From: Octopus vulgaris
Lineage: Eukaryota
Direction of reading: 5' to 3'
DNA length: 64,000 bases
Assembly (NCBI GenBank): GCA_951406725.2
Contig: OX597830.1
Coordinates: forward strand, 25,358,001 to 25,422,000
Shown piece by piece: positions 1-12,461 of this stretch. The position numbers were made by a program, and so were the translations under genes. Each line of letters starts with the position of its first letter. Position 1 is the first letter of the stretch. Below the pieces are notes generated by a model. It did no database searches, was not told the DNA's origin, and saw nothing but the letters and a program-made list of their open reading frames with translations.

Positions 1-333
1 TACTTGGGCCAGTTTTGCCTTTTAGCCTTTCGAGTCGATAAATAAGTAGGGTCGAAGTGATCGATTAGCACCACCTCTCCATGAATTTCAGACCTTGTGA
101 AAGAATCATCATCATTATCATCATCATCGTCGTCGTCGTCGTCGTCGTTGTCATTATTGAATGGTTAGCGCCTTTGACATAATGTTCGGCGCCATTTTCT
201 CTGGCTCTTCTACGGGGGTCAACTTTACCTTTCACCCTTTCGGGGTCGATAAAATAAAATACCAGTCAAGTACTGGAGTCGACTAATCCCTACCCACTGA
301 AATTATAAGCCCTGTTGTCGTTATCATCATCAG

Positions 334-470
<137 letters not shown>

Positions 471-612
471 GGTCGACTTTGCCTTTCATCCTTTCGGGGT
501 CGATTAAATAAATACCAGTTAATCACTGGGGTCGATGTAATCGACTTAATCCCCTTGTCTGTCCTTGTTTGTCCCCTCTATGTTAAGGTCCCTGTGGGCA
601 ATAAAGAAATAA
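471..612 (+). mobile_element. SINE family B, 3' half
   Basis: GGTCGACTTTGCCTTTCATCCTTTCGGGGTCGAT...GTACCAG...CTGGGGTCGATGTAATCGAC body shared with many copies in the window. Confidence 0.8.
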
Positions 613-632
613 ATTATTATTATGATTATGTA

Positions 633-815
633 AGGCGGCGACCTGACAGAATCGCTGTATTTCGTCTGTCGCTACGTTCTGAGTTCAAATTCCGCCGAAG
701 TCGACTTTGCCTTTCATCCTTTCGGGGTCGATAAAATAAGTACCAGTTGAACACTGGGGTCGATGTAATCGACTCATCCCCACTTCCCCCAAGCTGCCCC
801 TGTGGCAAAAATTGA
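633..815 (+). mobile_element. SINE family B (GGCGGCGAGCTGGCAGAA head)
   Basis: Head GGCGGCGAC..., B-box-like GAGTTCAAATTCC, conserved body. Confidence 0.8.
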
Positions 816-1109
816 AATAATAATTGTTGTTGTTGTTGCCGCCGCCGCCGCTACTGCTGCTGTTTTTTAAAATTAATAACTGTATTTTGCTATTGTTGTT
901 ATAAGTGCTCAATCCTTGATCATCTGTGATCGAGATAGAATATTCCAGCCATGGACATCCCGTACGTTCTTCTTCCGGTTGTGTATCTAAGACTGTTATT
1001 TGAGAAATATCTGGCAGCTATTTCTAGCACCGACAATGACGAAGTCAAATCTCATTTCTTTGCTCGCTTCTGTTGTTGGGGGTGGTTGTGATGTGACCGT
1101 TACTGCTGA

Positions 1110-1275
1110 CGTCGCTGCAATGATAATGACGACGACGATGGCAACGACGACTACGATGATGATAATAATAATAATGGTGATGATGATGGTGATGGTGATG
1201 GTGATGATGAAGTCACCACCAATGAAGTCGAAGTCAACGATAACGACGACGACGACAATACGAATGGTGATGTCG
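1110..1275. repeat. Degenerate GAT/GAC/AAT trinucleotide tract
   Basis: Mixed triplet repeats. Confidence 0.8.
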
Positions 1276-1532
1276 TTTGCTGCTTTGTTGGTTATAAATT
1301 TAAACAAACGTACAACGTTGTTTCTCCGTTGTCATGTGACATATTGACTTTGAAATGGCGGGCTTAAGTAAACATTCAAGGGATCAGCATTTATTTATGA
1401 TTTTTTTTTTCATTTGAAGGAAACATCCGAGATCAGAGCGGATAAGATGTCAGCTTCGTTGCTTAGTAACGATAGCCACTGATTATGGTTTCCTGGCCAA
1501 CGAAATTCTCCCGTTTTTTTCATATATTTCTC

Positions 1533-1842
<310 letters not shown>

Positions 1843-1919
1843 TTTTTGTGGGACGTGTGGTGTGAAATGACTGAATAGGGCACTCCCCTCGCCAAAAAAA
1901 CCCCCACAAAACCCACCAA

Positions 1920-2240
1920 AAGTCAAGAATGGGAAGGAATTGAAGGTCAGGGCAAATATGAATTTACAAAACAAAACAAAAAATCTCATCACATGACTAC
2001 AACGTAATGAGAAATATATCGGCCAAACGGGATCAAAATTAACACATCGGGTTAGAGTATATAAACAACGAATCATAGAATCATTTCGTGGAAATGTTCC
2101 ATGTAGTGAATATATAAACACTTGTGCCAATGGGAAATTAAAACTTTCACAGAAATAAAAAAAAAATGGGAGAATATGATCAACAATGAAAGGTAGATGA
2201 AATATACTTCATAAAGAATTCTAAATCCGCAACTGAACTG
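1920..2240 (+). pseudogene. Penelope-like retroelement GIY-YIG endonuclease remnant
   Basis: From 2009 translates EKYIGQTGSKLTHRVRVYKQRI...NVPCSEYINTCANGK, with EIYFIK further on; resembles the PLE C-terminal GIY-YIG domain; stops and frameshifts present. Confidence 0.7.
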
Positions 2241-2456
2241 GAACTAGTCAACACTGCTACAAAAAACATCTTGTATACAAATTACTCGATAACACGCGTA
2301 TTTGAAAAGCTGTAGAAAAAGAAAGCGCTTACAAAATATAAAAAAGATCTGTGTTATTCAGTTTATTGAAGATTTTTTTTATATATAATAAATAATTAGA
2401 ATTGAAAAAAATGTTTCTTCAAATATTGTAGCCATATCAAGAATTATTCAAAAAAA

Positions 2457-2785
2457 CTTAGCTCAGTAGTTAGAGCGTCGAGCTTACGAACGTGAGGTGG
2501 TGAGTTCGATTCCCGGACCGAACTGTGTGTTGTGTTCTTGAAAAAGACACTTTATATTTTACGTTGCTCCAGTTCACTCAGTTGTAGAAATGATTTGCGA
2601 CGTCACTGGTGCCAAGCTGTATCGACCTTTGCCTTTCCTTTGGATAACATCAGTGGCATAGAGAGGGGAGGTTGGTATGCATGAGCGACTGCTGCTCTTC
2701 CATAAACAACCTTGTCTGGACTTGTGCCACGGAGGAGAACTTTCGAGGTGCAATCCCATGGTCATTCATGACCGTAAGGGGTTTT
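2457..2785 (+). mobile_element. tRNA-derived SINE family D
   Basis: A-box-like TAGCTCAGTAGTTAGAGC, B-box GAGTTCGATTCC, body TGTGTTCTTGA..AAGACACTT; homologous to 19175-19500(-). Confidence 0.85.
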
Positions 2786-2799
2786 TACTCTTTTTTATT

Positions 2800-2817
2800 C
2801 ACACACTCACTCACATA

Positions 2818-2882
<65 letters not shown>

Positions 2883-3000
2883 GCACGCATACATACACAC
2901 GCACACACACACGTATATATACAAACATATATATACACACATGAATGCACACACACGCATACACACATATACGTATACACACACATGGATATATACATCC
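2800..3000. repeat. (CA)n and degenerate CA/TA microsatellite
   Basis: Seen directly. Confidence 0.9.
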
Positions 3001-3626
3001 TGTTGCATTCAGGCCCTAAGGTCATGTTTCCCAGCGCTCGCCAGTTACCTTCTCGTCCCCGCCAGAACAAAGGCCTTCCTTCGTCCTTTTCGTTTGTTCT
3101 CTTGTTTATTTTGATTTCTCGTATTGTAATTTAATTCTCGTTTTTTGTATTTTCTTGTACATGTATCTTTAATTTTGTATTTTGTTCTTGTATTTTTTTT
3201 GTGCAGTTCTTTGTTACATCCCTTTTTGTGTTACATATTTTCTTGCTCGTTTTACCCCTCTACGAGGTTATTTTATTTTAATTCTCTCGTAGGAAGGCCA
3301 AGCATGACCAGACGTGTCCTGTCTTGCCTTCGAAACACGCTATGACTGCTAGCGACAGCTGATGAAGGGGATTTTTCCTTGTGCAGCATGTCCTGTACTT
3401 CGTTTTTCTGCTGTACCTAATTGTTTTTCCCGTTTTCGTTTTCGTCTTGTTCCACGTCTCTGTCCTTCTGTTGTAACAAAATGGCTTTTCCGTTTTCGTT
3501 TCTATTGATTTTTACGTCTTCTTGTGGTGTCCTGTACGTATATATATTTATATATGCATGTATATATACATGTAGATGTCGGTACGTACATATATGTTTG
3601 TATGTATGCATATATTTTATTTATTA

Positions 3627-3960
<334 letters not shown>

Positions 3961-4381
3961 TTAATTATTTTCATGCATTTTTACATCTAGTTTTTCGTTT
4001 ATTCCCACATATCTGTCGTTCATTTTCTCAGTGACAACATAAACCCATTGCTATGGAAAAGGCTTCAGCCCGGAGTGATTACAAGAAGCGGCCTCCACAG
4101 TTTATGCCCTACAAAAAAAAAAAAAAAGAAAAAGAAAAATTATTTCTATATGACAATTTTCTATTCAGGTTTGTTGGTAAGAACCGGAGATTTACGTTTA
4201 AATAATTATCCAAAGCTTTAAGGAAATATGAGAAATTCTATAGCTGTAAAACCTTTTGTTGATAATTTATTAATTAATACTTTCTGTGTTTCCTGAATAT
4301 TTACATATGAATCTTAAAAACGTACTGCTGTACATCAAAAGAAGTATAACCATCACTCGCAAGCAAATATGTTCTCATTAC

Positions 4382-4770
4382 GGTGATGGAAGCACTCCGT
4401 CGGTTACGACGATGAGGGTTCCGGTTGATCCGATCAACGGAACAGCCTGCTCGTGAAATTAACATGTAAGTGGCTAAGCACTCCACAGACACGTGTACCC
4501 TTAACATAGTTCTCGGGGATATTCAGCGTGACACAGAGAGTGACAAGGCCGGCCCTTTGAAATACAGGTACAACAGAAACAGGAACTAAGAGTGAGAGAA
4601 AGTTGTGGTGAAAGAGTACAACAGGGATCACCACCGTCTCCTGCCGGAGCCTCGTGGAGCTTTAGGTGTTTTCGCTCAATAAACACTCACAACGCCCGGT
4701 CTGGGAATCGAAATCGCGATCCTACGACCGCGAGTCCGCTGCCCTAACCACTGGGCCATTGCGCCTCCAC
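4382..4770 (-). mobile_element. Full-length tRNA-derived SINE family C with 11-bp TSD
   Basis: Reverse complement of the GGAGGCGCAATGGCCCAGTGGTTAGGGCAGCGG head; flanked by GTTCTCATTAC at 4371-4381 and 4771-4781. Confidence 0.92.
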
Positions 4771-4959
4771 GTTCTCATTACAGATTCACCAGTAATCGAT
4801 TATCTCTGTCTTCTTAAAGTTTCCGTCTCACTCATATGTTGTGTCTCCTATGTTCTCTTTTCTTTGCAATGTCTACCACCTCAGTGACTTTTTGTCATCA
4901 TTGCTGCTTCCAAAGAAGTACTTTCATGGAATTCACTTCTCCGGATTTCAGCGTACCGA

Positions 4960-5205
4960 AACAACGTTGATTCTAGTCTATGTAGCCGACGAGAAGTGTT
5001 CATCCACTCTCTCTTTCTCTCTATTTTTTTCCCTCCGTCTCCCCTTCTCTGGATCTTTCCTTTTCCTATGTTTCTGACGAAGAGCTCCGCTCGAAACGTT
5101 AAACCCTCCTTCTTTCCTTCCTTCCTGAGCGTCCAATAATACTATAGTTGTTCTACGTCTTCGCGTTGTTGTGTTTTCTCTTTGTGTTTTCATGTTTGGA
5201 TTAAC
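4960..5205 (+). mobile_element. Penelope-like pseudo-LTR remnant
   Basis: Contains the hammerhead-like core at 5070-5104, a downstream GAGCGT..AA motif shared with the 20.6, 10.2 and 26.5 kb copies, and ends at (TA)n. Confidence 0.55.
5070..5104 (+). ncRNA. Minimal type I hammerhead-ribozyme-like motif
   Basis: gttt-CTGACGA-A-GAGC-tcc-GCTC-GAAA-CGTT-aaac: core boxes, stem II, stem I and palindromic AACGTT in place of stem III. Confidence 0.6.
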
Positions 5206-5254
<49 letters not shown>

Positions 5255-5284
5255 CACCCACCCATACATACATATATATATATA

Positions 5285-5665
5285 TGGAGGCGCAATGGCC
5301 CAGTGGTTAGGGCAGCGGACTCGCGGTCGTAGGATCGCGGTTTCGATTCCCAGACCGGGCGTTGTGAGTGTTTATTGAGCGAAAACACCTAAAGCTCCAC
5401 GAGGCTCCGGTAGGGGATGGTGGTGATCCCTGCTGTACTCTTTCACCACAATTTTCTCTCACTCTTACTTCCTGTTTCTGTTGTACCTGTATTTCAAAGG
5501 GCCGGCCTTGTCACTCTCTGTGTCACGCTGAATATCCCCGAGAACTATGTTACGGGTACACGTGTCTGTGGAGTGCTCAGCCACTTACACGTTAATTTCA
5601 CGAGCAGGCTGTTCCGTTGATCGGATCAACCGGAACCCTCGTCGTCGTAACCGATGGAGTGCTTC
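5285..5665 (+). mobile_element. Full-length tRNA-derived SINE family C
   Basis: A box TGGCCCAGTGG, B box GGTTTCGATTCC; highly similar to 4382-4770 in the opposite orientation. Confidence 0.92.
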
Positions 5666-5669
5666 CTCT

Positions 5670-5730
<61 letters not shown>

Positions 5731-6486
5731 CACAAATATACACACATAGATACATACATACATATCTATATATGTATATACGCACATATATAAATGTACA
5801 CATACAGATATATATTTCACTCCCTCTCTCTGTCTGACATGACCTCTACATTTCTTTATAAACTTCTCTCTACATAATACTAACTCTCTTCCCCCTCTCT
5901 TTCTCATTCTCTTTATTTATCTACACGCTTTTGCGCGTATATACGCCTATGTGTTTGCATGTATATATGTGTGTGTATCTATCTATATGTGTATATATGT
6001 GAAAACACTGTGTGAGTGTATGCATAACTCTCTATGTATAAGTACCTGTGAATGTATTTTTCCCTCCCTCCCTCCCTTTCACTTGCTTTCTATATAACTA
6101 TAAACATCTGTCTGTCTCTCTCTCTCCCCTCAGTCATTTCTTACTCTCTTTGTCGATCTCCCTCTCTTTCCCAAGCTTCCTACTCCACCTCTTCTTTTAT
6201 TTCTCTCTTTACCTCACCCCACCCCACCCGCGTCTTCCTATCAATCATTTTTTTTTTACATTCTATAATTATATATTTTCTTTCGCCTCTCTTTTTCCTT
6301 CTTTTTTGTCTTCGTCTTTTGGACAATTTCTTTAGCTTTCACTATCCATCCCTGTTCTTCCCTTGATCTCTTCTCCCCCTCTGTCTTCTCATCGACTTCT
6401 CTCCCTTCTCTCTCCTCCACCTTTTTTCATGCATTCCATCTGTGTGTGTGTGTGTGTGTGTGTGTGCACACACACACACACACACA

Positions 6487-6895
6487 TGTATGACTGTGTG
6501 GTAAATTTGCTTCTCAACCACATGGTTCCAGGTTCAGTTCAACTGCGTGGTACCTTGGGCAAGTATCTTCTGCTATAGGCTCGGCCGACCAATGCTTTGT
6601 GAGTGGATTTGGTAGACGGAAACTGAAAGAAGCCCATCGTATATATATAAAAATGTGTGTGTGTATGCGTCTCTGTGTCTGTGTTTGTCCCTCACCACGG
6701 CTTGACAACCTGTGTTGGTATGTTTACGTCCCCGTAATGTAGCGATTCGACAAAAAGAGTCCGATAGATTAAGTACTAAGCTTAAAACAACAACAACAAC
6801 AAAAAAAGATGTGGTGTCGATTCATTCGACGAAAATTCTTCAGGGCGGTGCCCCAGCATGGCCGCAGTCTAATAACTGAAACAAATAAAAAGATA
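6487..6895 (+). mobile_element. SINE family A (internal microsatellite; tail GACTGAAACAAGTAAAAGA)
   Basis: Matches about 15 other copies: CTGTGTGGTAA...CCACATGGTTCC...GTGAGTGGATTTGGTAGACGGAAACTGAAAGAAGCCC. Confidence 0.9.
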
Positions 6896-7469
6896 TATAT
6901 TCTTACCCCCCATTCACATTATTCTTACCTTCTCTTTCTCCAGTACTCTCTCTCTCTCTGTTTGACTCTCTGACACTCTTTTTCAATCTTCCACCATCTC
7001 TCATCTTTCTTGTTTCGTTCCCCACCACTCTCTCACTTATTTTTTTTCTTTCCTCTCCACCACCATCACTCACACCGCTTCACCGCCGCCGCCGGTGCAA
7101 AAACAACAACAACAAGAACGACAACAAGGAAAAGAAAAATTCCTATTGAAGAACAAAAGCAAAAGCTAAGCTAATGTCCTGAAGTTTGTACGAAAGTTCA
7201 GAAGTTTTGTTGGTCGTTATTATTGCGTAGCATATCTTGTCACTGAGTCAGCTTGGCCAAGTAATTAGCCGTTGGACGAGAGATTTGAATCTAATTGGAG
7301 GTGTCTGCAGACGACAGGGAAGCTATTTATTACTGAGCGGCAGACTATTGTGATGTAACAACACTTTACAGCAAACACACTTTGGACAATGCCCCGAAAA
7401 CTGTTGTTTTTTTCTTCTTCTTCTTCCCTTTTGTTTTGTTGCTTGTTACCGACTCACTCTGTACACCAC

Positions 7470-7580
7470 GCATACACATGTATATACAAACATATATACA
7501 CATGTATACGCATATATTCGTAAGTATATATATACACATACATACATATATATACATATACATATACATACATACATACA

Positions 7581-7638
<58 letters not shown>

Positions 7639-7722
7639 GAGAGAGAGAGAGAGAAGAAAGAGAGAGCTAAAAAACAAAAAAGAACAGGGACGGAAACGCA
7701 GATACATACATACATACATACA

Positions 7723-7753
<31 letters not shown>

Positions 7754-8060
7754 TCCATACATACACACATAATGAAACATACAAAGACGAAGTCACACAG
7801 ATGTTAAAATATATGTATGTGTATGTATGTATGTGCGCGTGTATGTGTGTATGTGTGCGTGCATGTATGTATATAGGTGTGAGTGTGTATATATGTATGT
7901 GCGTGTATGTATGTATGTATGTATGTATGTATGTATGTATGTATGTATGTATGTGTGCATGTGTGTATATATGTATATATGTATGTGTGTGTATGTATGC
8001 GTTTATGAATGTGTGAGTATGTATGCATGTACGTACATGTATATATGTATATATATATGT
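7470..8060. repeat. (TACA)n/(TATG)n degenerate microsatellites
   Basis: Seen directly. Confidence 0.9.
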
Positions 8061-8129
8061 AAGTAGACAGGTAGGTATGAACAATCGCAGACGCATATAC
8101 TCACATATGGCCGGATGCCAGAATGAACT

Positions 8130-8594
8130 TCCACCTACAAACCTCAGATTTGACCAACGATAATGCACTCTGGAATGCCACGCCGGATCTTTCTTGCACC
8201 TAACAACAATACCACTCTTCAGACGTCCATGGTCAAATTATACGCCCTCTATTCCAATCCTCTCCGCTCCAGCCCTCCTTTACTAAATGGCGAGCAACAT
8301 AGAACAAAAGGTATGTTCCTGGTAAGCAGAAACTTCCAGACGGTTTCAATACTTGATTAAAGTCACTTCACCTCTGTTGTGCTGCTGGTGTTTAGGACAA
8401 AAGTATGAACACAATATTTCCATTTTTCTTTACTTCTAGCGTAATTAACATGATAAAAAAAAAAAGAAACGATTATATGCCGTCTTCTTCCATTGAACTC
8501 AAATCTTTTGTTTAGAATAAGATGGACGCGGGGAATCATTTTACGTCGAAAAGCTACTCTGAAATTAGCTGCCATCTTACACGGCCCCTTTCGT
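8130..8594 (-). mobile_element. Degraded mariner-like 5' fragment
   Basis: TA-CGAAAGGGG terminus and weak similarity to a mariner N-terminal region (KMEILCSYF...FSKGGLE); heavily decayed. Confidence 0.3.
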
Positions 8595-9053
8595 ACATAC
8601 ATACATACATACATACATACATACATACATACATACATACATACATACATGCATACATACATTCATACAAACATACATACATACATACATACATACATAC
8701 ATACATACATACATACATACATACATGCGTGCATACATACATGCATACCACGTACATGCATACATATATGTATACATGCATGCATGCATGCATACATATA
8801 TACATGCACACATACATATATGCATACAAGCATACATAGATACATGCGTGCATGCATACATACATGCATACATACATACATACTTGCATACATATATGCG
8901 CACATACATATATATATATATACATGCATATATGCCTCATACTTGAATATATACATGCATACATGCACACATACATACATGCATACATATATATATACGC
9001 ATGCATACACACATACAAACATACATACATAGTTGCATACATACATACATACA

Positions 9054-9085
<32 letters not shown>

Positions 9086-9175
9086 GGCATATATACATTC
9101 ATATATAGATGCGTGCATATATATATATACATACATGCATACATACTTGCATACATACATGTAAACACACACACG
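8593..9175. repeat. (TACA)n degenerate microsatellite
   Basis: Seen directly. Confidence 0.92.
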
Positions 9176-9182
9176 ATTTGTA

Positions 9183-9263
9183 ATAAGGAATTCAAATCAA
9201 ATAATGATATTTTTAAAGTATTTAATACGCACATTTCAGAAATTGCATAATATAAAATAAGAA

Positions 9264-9311
<48 letters not shown>

Positions 9312-9392
9312 AAGCATTTCTTATTTCATATTATGCAATTTCTGAAATGTGCGTATTAAATACTTTAAAAATATCATTATTTGATTTGAATT

Positions 9393-9398
<6 letters not shown>
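9183..9398. repeat. 83-bp inverted repeat around a (TA)n spacer
   Basis: Arms 9183-9265 and 9316-9398 are reverse complements with 1 mismatch. Confidence 0.93.
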
Positions 9399-9445
<47 letters not shown>

Positions 9446-9787
9446 CGCAGACGGGACTGTGTAGTAAAAAGTTTCCTTTCGAGCCATATGGTTCCGTATT
9501 CAGTCCCACAACGTACTATCTTTGGTAATTGTCTTCTACTATATCCAACGCAGAGTAGATAAACGAAAAACTTGAAACAGTTTAATCGAAGGATATTAAA
9601 GTGAAAACCCTGAAGAAACTGCACCGGTATTATAGTAGGGCTGCAATTGCAACGGTAACTAATCGATGCAGTAGAAACATGTGTAGGTCTATTTGAAGCT
9701 GTATATATATATTTATATATAAAGGAATTAAAGGCAATGCTATGCTAGTTTGTAATAATCCTTATAATAATAATTATTGTTATTATT

Positions 9788-9791
<4 letters not shown>

Positions 9792-9838
<47 letters not shown>

Positions 9839-9870
9839 GTATATATATATGTATGTATATATATATATGC

Positions 9871-9914
<44 letters not shown>

Positions 9915-9969
9915 ATGTATGTATATATATGTATGTATGTATATATATATATATGTATATATATATATG

Positions 9970-10022
<53 letters not shown>

Positions 10023-10080
10023 GTATATATATATGTATATATATATGTATATATATATATATATATATATACATATATAT
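9792..10080. repeat. (TA)n degenerate microsatellite
   Basis: Seen directly. Confidence 0.95.
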
Positions 10081-10300
10081 AAACGTACATAGTTCAAATT
10101 TACAGAAAACAAAAAACGAAAACAGGTGAGGGAACAACAAGCAGGTGCATTAGTTTAACGTTCGAGAAGAATGGAAAAGTCTTTGACATTTCGAATCTAC
10201 AGTCTTCGACAGAAAGGATTAAAAGGAAAAAAAAAACCCGAGAGAGAACGAAATAAAAAACGGGGATAGAAAAATGTGTAGGGATTAACGGTGGTTCAAC
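10081..10300 (-). mobile_element. Penelope-like pseudo-LTR remnant with decayed hammerhead-like motif (10181-10216)
   Basis: Reverse strand reads cttt-CTGTCGA-A-GACT-gtag-ATTC-GAAA-TGTC-aaag; homologous to 20570-20700. Confidence 0.55.
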
Positions 10301-10302
10301 AT

Positions 10303-10345
<43 letters not shown>

Positions 10346-10349
10346 ATGT

Positions 10350-10680
10350 GCATATCAGACCAGTTGCAGATCACGCTGACAGAGCTGAACACTCTGAGCT
10401 TAGCAGTAGGTCTTAACATGAGCCACATAAAAATAAAATATATGCGGTCGGAAGACGTAGCGCAAGGCCGAATTGAAGTGGTGAATCGATGAAATTGGAG
10501 AAGTAAAGGAGTACATCTCCTTACGATACACAGAGGAGATGTGCCTAGATAAGGATGCTGCAATCTCTGAGAGAATAAAGATAGGATGGATGGCATTTCA
10601 CCCAATAAAAGATGTGCTCCAAACAAGGCTAGACAATACCGTACGTGCCAGACTCTTCATTAGCACCCTCCTACCTACGT
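10350..10680 (+). pseudogene. RTE-clade LINE reverse transcriptase fragment
   Basis: DQLQITLTELNTLSLAVGLNMSHIKIKYM and ISERIKIGWMAF...RARLFISTLLP resemble the post-YADD and thumb region of RTE RTs. Confidence 0.75.
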
Positions 10681-10739
10681 TTTCAGGATCCACACGCAAG
10701 GAACAGCCAAAAGTCTTCTGATTGTTTACATCATACTCA

Positions 10740-12030
10740 GACTCTATTTCCCTTCTTAGTCTTCAGCTACGCTTTTATTGATCTATAATTGATCTTTACA
10801 TCCAATACGAGCACTTCAAGCATGGTTTCTGCTCTTCTTCAAATGTTACATTTTACCCGATACTTATCTATCCATTACGATTTCATTGCAGTAAAGGCGT
10901 TTTAAGCTATTCGAAGGCAGGTTGTAGGTCTGTAGTTTTTAGGGATTTACCGCTTCTACAGTTTTGGGGATGAAAATAATTTCCCCCTGACTGAGCCAAT
11001 TAGATGTTGTCTCTGGTTTCGTAAGTATTTTATAAAACATCCCTGCGGGAACTTTACGTGTCCCTATTAAATATTTTAGCCAGAACTCTAGGATGTTACC
11101 ATTTCTAGGTTCTTTCCCGTCGTTCAATTTTTTGTAGTGTCTGATTTATTTTGTGTTAATATGGTCTTCCACGCTTGTTCAGGAGTTGCCTTTCTTGTTT
11201 TAAACCATTCTGTCCTTGAAGATTACATCGCTGCCCACACACTCTTCCCTACAATTCTAATTCTCATGCTGTTTGTGTGTCTCTGATTTCTATAATATAT
11301 TTACCCGTTTCTTGACCAAAAATCTTTTCCAGATAGAATCGAAGTGCGTGTTTTGTTCAAAGAATTGCAGTAACTTTTCATACCGACGCATTCTTTACAA
11401 TTTAGCGGTTTCTTTTTTCAGACATTTATTATTTCCATTACTTATTTTCATATTATTTTACTTATTGCTACATTTCTGTCATATTTGCCTTTCCCCTCTT
11501 TCTTATAGTTATGATTTTAACATATTGATTTCTTTAGTTATTAAGATTTCTTTTCTTGTAATGGCCCACTTGGCGTTTCTGTTTTTTTAAAAAAAATTAT
11601 TATTACTATTGCATCAGTAAATTCAACCTTGGGAGGTAGTTCGGTCTTAAAGGAGATCTATTGATTTTAATTCTTTAATGAATTCCATCTCTAGATTATC
11701 ATGTTTCAGAGCTCCCTGTTTTGAATATCTTCCGCTAAATCTTGCCGTATTTCCTTTTATTTTTATTCTCTTAGATTTTCTGTGGATTTAAATTCTTTAA
11801 TTATTTCCATCTTCCGATTGTCTTGTTTGAGATTTCCATGTTTTGAGTATCCCTTTCTAAATCTTTTTCGGATTTCCTTTTATTTATATTTTTGTTCGGT
11901 TTTTCTCGGAGAATATTTTGAATGTGATTTTGCTGTATTTTATGATTTACTTTCTTTCACATCCGTTAGACACATCTTCGTGGTTTTTCCTTTTGTTGTT
12001 TGTTTTGTATTCATTGTCTGTTATAATTTA
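10740..12030 (-). pseudogene. R4/Dong-like non-LTR retrotransposon fragment (N-terminal region to RT domain 1)
   Basis: RMRRYEK...QNTHF, NILEFWLKYL, WLSQGEIIFIPKTVEAVNP and, after a frameshift, KNYRPTTCL. Confidence 0.65.
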
Positions 12031-12039
12031 TCTTTCACT

Positions 12040-12461
12040 TTTCTCAGTCATTAGACAGCGGCCAAGCTGGGGCACCGCTTTGAAGAGCTTTTAGCCGAAC
12101 GAATCGAGCTCAGTACTTATTCCTTTTATGTCAGGTACTTATTCTATTGGTTCTCTTTTGCCGAACCGCTAAGTTAGGGAGACGTAAACACACTAACATC
12201 GGTTTTAAGCGGTGGTGTGGGACAAACACAGACACAAAGACACACACATACATACATAATACATACATACATACATACATACATACATACACACACACAT
12301 GCACAGACGATGGGCTTCTTTCAGTTTCCGTTTACCAAGTCCACTCACAAGCCTTTGGTCGGACCGAACCTATAGTAGAAGATACTTACTGAAGGTGCCA
12401 CGAAATGTAACTGAATCCAGAATTATGTGGTTGGGAAGCAAACTTCTTACCACACAGCCAT
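12040..12461 (-). mobile_element. SINE family A
   Basis: Full head, internal (CATA)n and tail on the minus strand. Confidence 0.88.

Noticed and set aside
5285-5360. tRNA-like sequences (also at 2457, 20880, 30085, 34330)
   Set aside because: They are heads of tRNA-derived SINEs that continue into SINE bodies; no complete cloverleaf with a terminator.
4434-5620. Duplicated small ORFs (MFIERKHLKLHEAP..., MVIPVVLFHH...)
   Set aside because: Chance frames inside two copies of the same SINE.
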